From assembly GCA_001791995.1 (NCBI GenBank), contig MGFR01000003.1, positions 89,543 through 153,542 on the forward strand: a stretch of 64,000 nt of DNA. The letters run 5' to 3'. This document shows, one piece after another, positions 56,283 through 64,000 of this stretch; position 1 is the first letter of the stretch; each line of letters starts with the position of its first letter. The notes beneath the pieces are model-generated. The model was not told where the DNA came from and searched no databases. It saw nothing but the letters and a program-made list of their open reading frames with translations. The position numbers were made by a program, and so were the translations under genes. The DNA comes from Candidatus Woesebacteria bacterium RBG_13_46_13. Its GTDB lineage: Bacteria; Patescibacteriota; Microgenomatia; UBA8517.

Positions 56283-56344
56283 AAGCGCCCCGAATCCGCA
56301 AGGATTCCGACACGAAAGTGTTGAAAAAGGGGCGCTTGTTTTTT
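56283..56344 (+). ncRNA. Three-way-junction 3' RNA motif / terminator, copy 2
   Basis: AAGCGCCCC [GAATCC-GCAA-GGATTC][CGACAC-GAAA-GTGTTG] AAAAA GGGGCGCTT plus GTTTTTT. Confidence 0.75.
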
Positions 56345-56349
56345 GGAGG

Positions 56350-56421
56350 TGGTCGCTGAGGGATTCGAACCCCCGGCCTTCGCAATGTGAATGCGACGCT
56401 CTACCGCTGAGCCAAGCGACC
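56350..56421 (-). tRNA. tRNA-Val(CAC), CCA not encoded
   Basis: Minus strand GGTCGCT/AGCGACC acceptor stem, loop TT-CAC-AT, GGTTCGAATCC. Confidence 0.95.
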
Positions 56422-56527
56422 CTGTGTAATCCAATATTATATCACCCTAGAGATTTTCACTGCCAGTTGACAGACCTTTTCACCAGCGTATAAAGTTAAA
56501 TGTAATGATTCATATCATTACACAAAT

Positions 56528-57607
56528 ATGGATCAGAAGTTTCCCCTAGGCCTTTCCTTCGACGATGTGCTGCTTATCCCCCGCTATTCGGAAATTGCCT
56601 CCCGCGAAGATGTTGATCTCACTACCCGAATTACTCCCAAGCTCACCCTCAAGCTTCCCCTTTTAAGCGCCAACATGACTGATGTGACCGGTATTAAAAT
56701 GGCTGTGACCTTGGGCAAACTCGGGGCTCTTGGAGTCCTCCCCCGTTTTATGAGCGCCGAGGATGAAGCGGATATGGTTGCGGCCGTCAAAAAAGAGGGG
56801 TTAACCGTTGCGGCCGCGGTTGGCTTACGAAACGGAATGTTTGATCGGGCGGAGCAGCTGGTCAAAGCCGGAGCCGAAGTTTTGTTTCTTGACGTTGCCC
56901 ACGGACACATGCGCAAGGCAACCGAGGCAACCAAGAAACTTAGGCAAAAATTCGGTAAAAGTGTTGATATCGTCTCCGGAAATATCGCCACCTACGATGG
57001 TGCGGACGCTCTTTTCAGGGCCGGAGCCGATTGCGTCAAGGTCGGGGTTGGACCGGGAACCATTTGTATTACTAGGATCGAAACGGGTTTTGGGGTACCG
57101 CAAATGTCGGCCATCTTGGAAGCCGCAAGGGCAGCCAGGCGCCACCGAAAGACAATAATCGCCGACGGAGGAACTAAAAACTCCGGTGATGTAGTTAAAG
57201 CTCTGGCAGCGGGTGCATCGGCTGTCATGGCTGGTAGCCAGTTTGCCGGAACAGATGAGGCCCCCGGAGAAAAAATAACCCTAAAAGGTAAGGATTTTAA
57301 GAGGTACTACGCTTCTACTTCCTTTAAGGAAAAGAAAAATCATATCAAGAAAAACGGAGAGAATTTGTCCCAGGATTACGCAAAACACATCGAAGGAATT
57401 GAAAGTATGGTCCCTTATAAGGGCCCTGTTAAGGAAATTCTTGAAAAAATGTCAGCTAATATCCGCTCCGGTCTTTCCTACTGTGGTGCAAAGGAATTAT
57501 TGGACTTGTGGAGAAAGGCAAAATTTGTAAGAATAACCTCCCAAGGCTTAAAGGAAAGCGGACCGCACGATGTGGTAGTTAATGAAAACGGATGGCGGAA
57601 CAAATAG
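56528..57607 (+). CDS. IMP dehydrogenase/GMP reductase family protein (no CBS domain); possibly GMP reductase
   Basis: [33 protein letters not shown]; lacks the IMPDH YRGMGS motif and the Arg-Tyr flap dyad. Confidence 0.85.
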   Translation: MDQKFPLGLSFDDVLLIPRYSEIASREDVDLTTRITPKLTLKLPLLSANMTDVTGIKMAVTLGKLGALGVLPRFMSAEDEADMVAAVKKEGLTVAAAVGLRNGMFDRAEQLVKAGAEVLFLDVAHGHMRKATEATKKLRQKFGKSVDIVSGNIATYDGADALFRAGADCVKVGVGPGTICITRIETGFGVPQMSAILEAARAARRHRKTIIADGGTKNSGDVVKALAAGASAVMAGSQFAGTDEAPGEKITLKGKDFKRYYASTSFKEKKNHIKKNGENLSQDYAKHIEGIESMVPYKGPVKEILEKMSANIRSGLSYCGAKELLDLWRKAKFVRITSQGLKESGPHDVVVNENGWRNK

Positions 57608-58953
57608 ATGAACACAAGCTTACTGCCATCTCTCCTGTCGATGGCCGCTATGGCCGACTAACCGCCCCGCTCTCCCCTTTCTTTTCGGAATTTGCCCTGA
57701 TTAAAAAGAGAGTTGAAGTTGAGCTAAAATTTCTTCTTTATCTCTCGGAGAGCCGATTAATAAGAGGGTTCACCCAAAAAGAAAAGGCATATCTACAAAA
57801 ATTAATTTCGGATTTTTCCTTAAGAGACGGGTTGATGGTAAAAAAGATAGAAAACACCACCCACCATGACGTTAAAGCGGTAGAATATTTTCTAAGAGAA
57901 AAATTTCAGAAAAGCTCTTTCAAAGGTACCATTCCCTATCTGCATATCGGGTTAACCTCCGAGGATATTAACAATATCTGCTGGCGATGTCTTGCCCAAG
58001 AAGCGCTTATCAAAGTTCTTTTACCCGAACTCTTGTCAATCCATAAAAACCTCCGTACGTTTGCCCGTACTTACAGGAATTTGGCAATGCTCGGCCGCAC
58101 ACACGGACAAGCGGCTATTCCCACGACAATGGGAAAAGAGGTTGCGGTTTTTAGCCAAAGACTTGAGGCTCAAATAACATCTTTAAAAACCCTCAAATTC
58201 TCAGCAAAATTTTCAGGTGCGGTAGGGGGTTGGAACGCGCTCTGTCTTGTCTTTCCTTCCGTAAACCTTCCTGCCTTTAGCCGCCGTTTTGTGAAATCTT
58301 TCGGACTTGAATTTCATGTTCTTACAACGCAAATTGCCCCCAATGACGATATTGTCGAACTGCTGCAGACTCTTGAGCGGATCAATCTCGTCCTGATCAA
58401 TTTAAATCAGGATCTTTGGAGATATGTCTCCGACGGCTGGCTTATCCAAAAAAGTAAAGCCGGGCAGGTAGGCTCATCCACCATGCCCCAGAAGGTAAAC
58501 CCCATCGATTTCGAAAACAGTGAGGGAAATCTTTTCTTCGCAAACGGAATCGCAACAACCATCGTTTCCAAAATTGCTATCTCCAGACTTCAGAGGGACT
58601 TATCCGGCTCAACGGTCCTGAGAAACCTCGGCGTTGCCTTTGCCCACAGCCTTGTCGGCTATTTATCTTTATTAAAAGGGCTGGATAATATTTCTCCCGA
58701 CAAAGAAAAAATAGTTGGAGAGTTAAATTCTGACTGGAGAATACTTGCCGAAGCCCTGCAGGTTATATTAAGAAAAGAGGGAGATACGAAGGCCTTTGAA
58801 AAAGTTGCGGCTTTGACAAAAAAGGGCATCTGGAAACAAGAAGATTGGCGAGAAGTTGTCGAGTCTTTTCGGCTAACCGCCAAATCGAAAAATCTACTTT
58901 TAAAATTAAGGCCCGAGGGGTATATTGGTCTTTCGGGAAAAATCGTTAAATGA
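57592..58953 (+). CDS. purB: Adenylosuccinate lyase
   Basis: ISPVDGRY, HDVKAVEY, RTHGQ, GSSTMPQKVNPIDFENSEGN. Confidence 0.96.
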   Translation: MAEQIDEHKLTAISPVDGRYGRLTAPLSPFFSEFALIKKRVEVELKFLLYLSESRLIRGFTQKEKAYLQKLISDFSLRDGLMVKKIENTTHHDVKAVEYFLREKFQKSSFKGTIPYLHIGLTSEDINNICWRCLAQEALIKVLLPELLSIHKNLRTFARTYRNLAMLGRTHGQAAIPTTMGKEVAVFSQRLEAQITSLKTLKFSAKFSGAVGGWNALCLVFPSVNLPAFSRRFVKSFGLEFHVLTTQIAPNDDIVELLQTLERINLVLINLNQDLWRYVSDGWLIQKSKAGQVGSSTMPQKVNPIDFENSEGNLFFANGIATTIVSKIAISRLQRDLSGSTVLRNLGVAFAHSLVGYLSLLKGLDNISPDKEKIVGELNSDWRILAEALQVILRKEGDTKAFEKVAALTKKGIWKQEDWREVVESFRLTAKSKNLLLKLRPEGYIGLSGKIVK

Positions 58954-60245
58954 CAGAAAGATTGTCAAGGTGGCGCGGGACCAATGTCGTACTGGATACT
59001 ACCTGGGGAGATTCAGGTAAGGGAAAACTCGTCGATGTTATGGCCCAAAGAGCCAAGATGGTGGTGCGTTTTAATGGCGGACCCAATGCCGGGCACACCG
59101 TAAAAAACGAACATGGGGAATTTAAATTTCACCAGATTCCCTCGGGAATATTCAATCCCGAAGCAATCTCTGTTATCGCGCAGACGGTTGCGGTCAACCC
59201 CAATGTGCTACTGGGAGAAATTGCAGAGCTTAAGGCCAAAGGAATAGAAGTTAGCAAAGCCAACCTTCTCGTCTCGGAGGAAGCCCACCTGATCATGCCT
59301 TGGCACATTCAAAGGGATAGGCTGAGGGAAACTGCCAGGGGGGAAGAAAAAATCGGTACAACGGGTCAAGGAATAGGGCCTGTTTTTGCCGACAGAACCG
59401 AAAGGGTCGGCTTAAAAGTTAAAGATATCTTAGACCCCCGCCTACCGGAGATTCTGGCGAAAGAGCTTGCCTGGCAAGAAAAGCTGACCCAATTAATGCT
59501 GGATACTTCCGAACCCCAATACGATTACGACAGTATACTTGAAGATTTACGCAAGGCCGCGGATACACTTGCCCCCATAATCTCCCAGGTTCTCCCTCTT
59601 ATTCGGCTCTTCCATAAGCGGGGCAATAACATCTTGGGGGAAGGAGCACAGGGAGCGCTCTTGGATTTGGATTTGGGTGGCTATCCTTTCGTGACCTCCA
59701 CCCACCCCACTCTATCGGGATTTTCCCAGGCGACCGGAATATATGCGAATATCTCAAGAATCATAGGGGTTACCAAGGCTTATCAAACCAGGGTCGGCGA
59801 AGGCCCGATGCCCACCGAGCTTGAAAACGAGATCGGTGCAACCTTAAGAGAGCGTGGCAAGGAATACGGTGCCACAACGGGAAGGCCCAGAAGGTGTGGT
59901 TGGATAGATATTCCGGCGATAAGATACGGGGCGATGATAAGCGGCGTAAAATCCTTGGCTATCACCAAGCTCGATGTACTGGATAGCTTCGACGAAATTC
60001 GAATCTGTGCGGCCTACCGTGACCACGGACACGATTACAAATTTGGATACCCCGATACGATGGCGAGGGCGGTCCCTATCTATATAAATCTTAAAGGCTG
60101 GCGCGAGGACACTTCCGGGGCCAAAGACATTAGGTCGCTACCTGAAAAATGCAGCTTTTATCTTACGACCATTCAGGAACTGGTAGGATTACCCGTGGAG
60201 TTTGTATCCGTCGGGCCGGAGAGAAACCAAAGCATTTACCTTTAG
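58950..60245 (+). CDS. purA: Adenylosuccinate synthetase
   Basis: WGDSGKGK, GGPNAGHT, IGTTGQGIGP, EYGATTGRPRRCGW. Confidence 0.97.
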   Translation: MTERLSRWRGTNVVLDTTWGDSGKGKLVDVMAQRAKMVVRFNGGPNAGHTVKNEHGEFKFHQIPSGIFNPEAISVIAQTVAVNPNVLLGEIAELKAKGIEVSKANLLVSEEAHLIMPWHIQRDRLRETARGEEKIGTTGQGIGPVFADRTERVGLKVKDILDPRLPEILAKELAWQEKLTQLMLDTSEPQYDYDSILEDLRKAADTLAPIISQVLPLIRLFHKRGNNILGEGAQGALLDLDLGGYPFVTSTHPTLSGFSQATGIYANISRIIGVTKAYQTRVGEGPMPTELENEIGATLRERGKEYGATTGRPRRCGWIDIPAIRYGAMISGVKSLAITKLDVLDSFDEIRICAAYRDHGHDYKFGYPDTMARAVPIYINLKGWREDTSGAKDIRSLPEKCSFYLTTIQELVGLPVEFVSVGPERNQSIYL

Positions 60246-60289
60246 AGTTTCTCTTGTATTTGCTCCGCTAAGATAACTATAATTACATT

Positions 60290-60853
60290 ATGTTTAGGCG
60301 TTTTGGCGCATTTTTTTTGGACATTTTAGAGGTCGTTGTCCTGGCTTTCGCCATATTCCTTTTTTCTTATCTCTTTATCTTTCAACCCCACAAAATAGAC
60401 GGCAACAGCATGGAGCCCAATTTCCACGACAAGGAATATCTCTTAACCGATAAGGTCAAATATAAAATATTGAAGGAAAGCCCCCAAAGGGGTGATGTTA
60501 TCGTTTTCATTCCTCCTCTGGAGCGGGATAAGGAATACATCAAAAGAATTATCGGGCTTCCGGGAGAAACGGTTTCGATAAAAGAAGGCAGAATCATAAT
60601 CAATGGAGAAATTCTTGAAGAAACCTATCTTTCGGCAGGAACACCGACCTCGGGCGCTTACTTTCTACAAGAAGGAGAGATTGCCACCGTTCCTCCCGAC
60701 GAATACTTTGTAATGGGCGATAACCGGGCCAATTCTTCGGACTCACGTTATTGGGGCTTTGTTCCAAAAAAAGATTTGGTGGGAAGGGCTTGGTTGGTTT
60801 ATTGGCCTCCGCAGGAAACAAGAAAAGTAAAAGCTGCCAATTATAACTTCTAA
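60290..60853 (+). CDS. lepB: Signal peptidase I
   Basis: SMEPN, YIKRIIGLPG, GDNRANSSDSR. Confidence 0.95.
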   Translation: MFRRFGAFFLDILEVVVLAFAIFLFSYLFIFQPHKIDGNSMEPNFHDKEYLLTDKVKYKILKESPQRGDVIVFIPPLERDKEYIKRIIGLPGETVSIKEGRIIINGEILEETYLSAGTPTSGAYFLQEGEIATVPPDEYFVMGDNRANSSDSRYWGFVPKKDLVGRAWLVYWPPQETRKVKAANYNF

Positions 60854-60855
60854 GG

Positions 60856-61707
60856 TTATTCGGTGAGGGCTTTATATACTTTTTGAAGTCTGTTTTCCGT
60901 TTCTTCCAATCCACCCTTAAAGACAAAGGTCACTCTGGTTTCGCGTCTTGAACGTACCAACTTAACCTGTGTCTTTTTTGTCTCGTCTGTCCCCTCTTCG
61001 CTTAAGGCTTCCTGGATATCGCTTTGCATCTTGTCTATCTCTTCGGAAACAATCTGCAGCATTTTTCTGGCGGAACCCGAACCCTGTCGCTCCACCGACT
61101 GCTTGGATTTGGCTTTCATTCTTCGGGCCAGCTCCTCCGCCCGCCTGACCGAACCGGATTCCCTGAGAATTATTTTGTAAGCCTCAACCATCAAGGGCTG
61201 ATCGTCAATTGCAGCCAAGGCTCTGGCGTGGCCTTCGGAGATAAGACCCGATAGGAGTCCGTCCTTAAGCGCATCCGGAAGCGATAATAGCCTTATCGAG
61301 TTCGAGACATAGGCGACCGACTTGCCGATTCTGACCGCGATTTCGCTGGTGGTTAAACCGAATTCGTTCATCAGTCTTTCAAACCCTTTGGCCCTGTCCA
61401 GCGGATTTAAATCGACCCTCTGAACGTTCTCAACCAAGGCCATCTCCAGCATTCCCTTGGGGGAGGTTTCGCGGATAATTGAAGGAAGGTGGGTCATTCC
61501 CGCCAATTTGGCTGCGCGCCATCTGCGCTCACCGGCAATTATTTGATAACCCGCGGGAGTCTTGGCCACGACCAAAGGCTCAAGAATTCCGTGCTCTCTG
61601 ATGGAATCCACCAAATCCACCAAGCTCTCGGGGGTAATTGCACCCCGGGGTTGTAAAGGGTTGGGTTGCAATTCGTTGACTTCTATTTGGACAACTTCTT
61701 CTGCCAT
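60856..61707 (-). CDS. parB: ParB/Spo0J partition protein
   Basis: PNPLQPR, IIAGERRWRAA, ENVQRVDL, GHARAL. Confidence 0.95.
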   Translation of the reverse strand: MAEEVVQIEVNELQPNPLQPRGAITPESLVDLVDSIREHGILEPLVVAKTPAGYQIIAGERRWRAAKLAGMTHLPSIIRETSPKGMLEMALVENVQRVDLNPLDRAKGFERLMNEFGLTTSEIAVRIGKSVAYVSNSIRLLSLPDALKDGLLSGLISEGHARALAAIDDQPLMVEAYKIILRESGSVRRAEELARRMKAKSKQSVERQGSGSARKMLQIVSEEIDKMQSDIQEALSEEGTDETKKTQVKLVRSRRETRVTFVFKGGLEETENRLQKVYKALTE

Positions 61708-61709
61708 AT

Positions 61710-61955
61710 TTATATTACCGAAACTATATTTCGACCTTTTCTTTTACCGAATTTCACTTTGCCTTTAGCCACGGAGTAGATTGTGTGGTCTCGCCCTACC
61801 GCCACGCCTTTACCCAAACCGATATGGGTTCCCCTCTGGCGGATAATAATCATTCCAGGGGCTACTTTCGTTCCGTCGGAGGCCTTCACTCCCAATCTTT
61901 TTCCTTCGGGGCTAATGTGTTGTGAGGCTTTGCCTGCAGCTTTCTTGTGAGCCAT
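61710..61955 (-). CDS. rpmA: 50S ribosomal protein L27
   Basis: MAHKKA, KRLGVK, RQRGT, GRDHTIY. Confidence 0.96.
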   Translation of the reverse strand: MAHKKAAGKASQHISPEGKRLGVKASDGTKVAPGMIIIRQRGTHIGLGKGVAVGRDHTIYSVAKGKVKFGKRKGRNIVSVI

Positions 61956-62033
61956 TTCAAAACAATATAGACAATATTTTCACAGCTGTCAAGAGATTAG
62001 AAGTTTATAGATTGATACACTAACAAGGAGAAA

Positions 62034-62339
62034 TTATTTGGAAGTAATCTTACCAATCTGTATTTTGGTATAAGAATGTCTAAAGCCCGTATGTCTTCGG
62101 TAGCGGCTTTTGGACCTGTATTTGATCACCTCGACCTTTTGACCCTTCTCTTCCCCCAATATTTTATAGCTGACCTTTGCTCCGGCAATCACTGGCGTTC
62201 CGACCGTGACCTTATCTCCATCGGCAACAAGAAGAACCGCTGGAGCTTCTTCTTCCTGAAGCCTATCCACCAAAAGTTCGTCTCCTTCGGAAACTTTGTA
62301 TTGGTGACCCGATATTTGGACGATTGCGTATTTTGCCAT
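62034..62339 (-). CDS. rplU: 50S ribosomal protein L21
   Basis: YAIV..G.QYKV.EG, K.RYRR..GFR. Confidence 0.95.
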   Translation of the reverse strand: MAKYAIVQISGHQYKVSEGDELLVDRLQEEEAPAVLLVADGDKVTVGTPVIAGAKVSYKILGEEKGQKVEVIKYRSKSRYRRHTGFRHSYTKIQIGKITSK

Positions 62340-62375
62340 GTAACTTTGATATTCTACCGCCCATTGGCCTTAAAC

Positions 62376-63437
62376 TCAAGCCGAAATTTGCCTCTTGGCC
62401 CCCAAGGCAATTCCCAACCCCATCATGGTCGCCAAAAACGAAGAGCCCCCTGCGGATACCAATGGGAAAGGAACACCCGTAATAGGCACCAGGCCCAGGT
62501 TCATCCCGATATGAACCATTGTTTGGGCAAAAAGCATCAAGAATAGTCCCGAAACATAGGCTCGTGCTGCAGGACTCCTGGTATTTTCGGAGATGCCCAC
62601 CAACCGGCCCAAAACAAAAAAGGCCGCACAAAGGACAAGCACCGCACCAACCAATCCGAGTTCTTCGGCTATTGAGGCAAAAATAAAGTCCGTGTGCCGC
62701 TCGGGAAGAAAAGCCAGTTGGGTCTGAACTCCCTTGCCCAGCCCCCTACCGAATATTTTCCCCGAACCGACCGAAATCATGGATTGGATTGCGTTATAGC
62801 CAGTACCGTAAGGATCCTTGGCCGGCTCCAGAAAGGTAATAATTCTTTGCTTCTGGTAAGGGGCCAAAACCATCCAGATGATCGGAAGCAAAAAAGCGAA
62901 GATTAAAGCTCCCCAAAGAAAATACCTTTTCTTGATTGTCGAGGCCATCAGTACCCCGACAAAACCCACAACCGCCAAAACCGCAATTCCCAGAGATGGT
63001 TGGACGACTATCAAAAGCACCGGAAGGCTGAGTAGGAAAAAGGCCGTCAGGAGTCTTTTCCCGTTGATTTCCTTTTCGGTCAGGTAGTTGGCAAAGAAAA
63101 CCAAAAGCAAGGGTCGGACCAGCTCCGCCGGCTGGATAGTGAGAGCCCCTATGGGTATCCAGCGGATAGCCCCCCTGGTTACCTGTCCGATTAAAAGCGG
63201 TAAAATTAGCAGCACAATCGATGCGACATATGCATGTTTGGCAAAAATGGAAATTACTTCAAAATCTGCTTGTAAAAATAAAATAAATACGCCGATTCCC
63301 AAAATCAGATAGAGAAAATATAACGGAAATAAAGAAGGAGCGATGGCGTAAAGAACAATCACCCCGATAACAATCAGTAGAGATATCCCAACAACAAATA
63401 GAGCATCGATTCTTGGGGGTAACTTAACCCTTTGCAT
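62376..63437 (-). CDS. rodA: SEDS family protein RodA
   Basis: GA.RWI, IQPAE, GYN.IQS, FLPERHTDFIF, P.TGVPFPLVSAGGSS. Confidence 0.92.
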   Translation of the reverse strand: MQRVKLPPRIDALFVVGISLLIVIGVIVLYAIAPSLFPLYFLYLILGIGVFILFLQADFEVISIFAKHAYVASIVLLILPLLIGQVTRGAIRWIPIGALTIQPAELVRPLLLVFFANYLTEKEINGKRLLTAFFLLSLPVLLIVVQPSLGIAVLAVVGFVGVLMASTIKKRYFLWGALIFAFLLPIIWMVLAPYQKQRIITFLEPAKDPYGTGYNAIQSMISVGSGKIFGRGLGKGVQTQLAFLPERHTDFIFASIAEELGLVGAVLVLCAAFFVLGRLVGISENTRSPAARAYVSGLFLMLFAQTMVHIGMNLGLVPITGVPFPLVSAGGSSFLATMMGLGIALGAKRQISA

Positions 63438-63439
63438 GG

Positions 63440-64000
63440 CTAGAGCTTTTCCACCTTAAACTCCCCAGATTTTAAATCCGAGGCCAAAGTCTTACTTTTG
63501 ATTCTTTGAATAAGATTTTTATCCGTAGGAATCCAGTCGCTATCAACGGATATCTTCTGGGTAAGATTTAGGCCCATATTCTTTCTTTCATCCTGAATTT
63601 TCCTTATTAACTCCCTGGCTTTGGCTTCTTCTTCCAACTCCGGTGTAATTTTGGCGTCAAGCTCAATTGTCCATTCCCCTGTTCCCGAGGTGAATTCGAC
63701 TTTTTTGACATTAACCTCATCCATAATAAGCTCCGTGAGTCCTTTTTCTTTCAATTCCAGATTCTTAACCGTCAATTTGCTTAAAGGCTGGCGGACTGGA
63801 ATCTTTAATTCTTTTCTTTTGCCGTGTGCCTTCTCTACAACCTGCCTGACAATTTCCATTTCAGCAACCAAAGCCTTATCGACCGTTAAATCCACAACCG
63901 GCCAGTCGGCCAGGTGGACAGACTCTTCTTTGTTTAAGTTTTTGTAGATTACTTCGGATACAACCGGCAGAAACGGAGCCAAAAGTTTGGCAAGGTTTAA
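63440..64000 (-). CDS. ileS: Isoleucyl-tRNA synthetase, C-terminal part (continues beyond window)
   Basis: LLAPFLP...SVHLADWP, KIPVRQPL, DEVNVK, ARELIR.IQ.ERK (IleRS2-type C-terminus). Confidence 0.88.
   Translation of the reverse strand, partial: LNLAKLLAPFLPVVSEVIYKNLNKEESVHLADWPVVDLTVDKALVAEMEIVRQVVEKAHGKRKELKIPVRQPLSKLTVKNLELKEKGLTELIMDEVNVKKVEFTSGTGEWTIELDAKITPELEEEAKARELIRKIQDERKNMGLNLTQKISVDSDWIPTDKNLIQRIKSKTLASDLKSGEFKVEKL

Noticed and set aside
52075-56344. Integron cassette array (attC sites) as the explanation for the orphan genes and hairpins
   Set aside because: Genes lie on both strands with their own promoters, no consistent RYYYAAC...GTTRRRY boxes, and no intI in the window.
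1-64000. CRISPR array, cas genes, rRNA, integrase/transposase, reverse transcriptase
   Set aside because: No regularly spaced repeats and no diagnostic motifs seen in any ORF.
1-64000. Alternative genetic code (UGA=Gly as in Gracilibacteria/Absconditabacteria)
   Set aside because: Conserved genes are full length in code 11 and several end in TGA at expected positions (uvrC, ruvC, gatB, purB).

Overview
This 64 kb window is compact, genetic-code-11 bacterial chromosome. Gene content and style (short UvrC, PEP synthase in a lower-glycolysis cluster, gatCAB, LemA/HtpX, PolX, tRNAs without encoded CCA, mostly leaderless genes) suggest a CPR/Patescibacteria genome, probably Microgenomates; this is inference. 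Housekeeping blocks are uvrBAC-lexA, ruvC-holA-pgm-pgi-ppsA-eno-gpmI, dnaE, gatCAB, a guaB/guaC-purB-purA operon, lepB, parB, rplU/rpmA, rodA and the 3' end of ileS, plus four tRNAs (Asp, Gly, Thr, Val). Two accessory systems stand out. (1) Six unrelated, GC-rich, stand-alone genes (44.2-44.8 kb and 52.0-56.3 kb) share one RNA architecture: a sigma70 promoter, a boxA-like leader, a strong AGGAGG SD, the ORF, a 3' arm complementary to the 5' leader (with G.U pairs that work only on the sense strand in several cases), and a branched terminator-like structure. Two of these terminators are copies of one three-way-junction motif with compensatory base changes. (2) Six consecutive cell-wall enzymes (19.5-26.5 kb) all begin with a twin-arginine-type S-R-R-x-F-L-K signal, in a lineage generally thought to lack TatABC. 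No CRISPR, rRNA, transposase or integrase was found. All structures were read by eye; no folding or database search was run.
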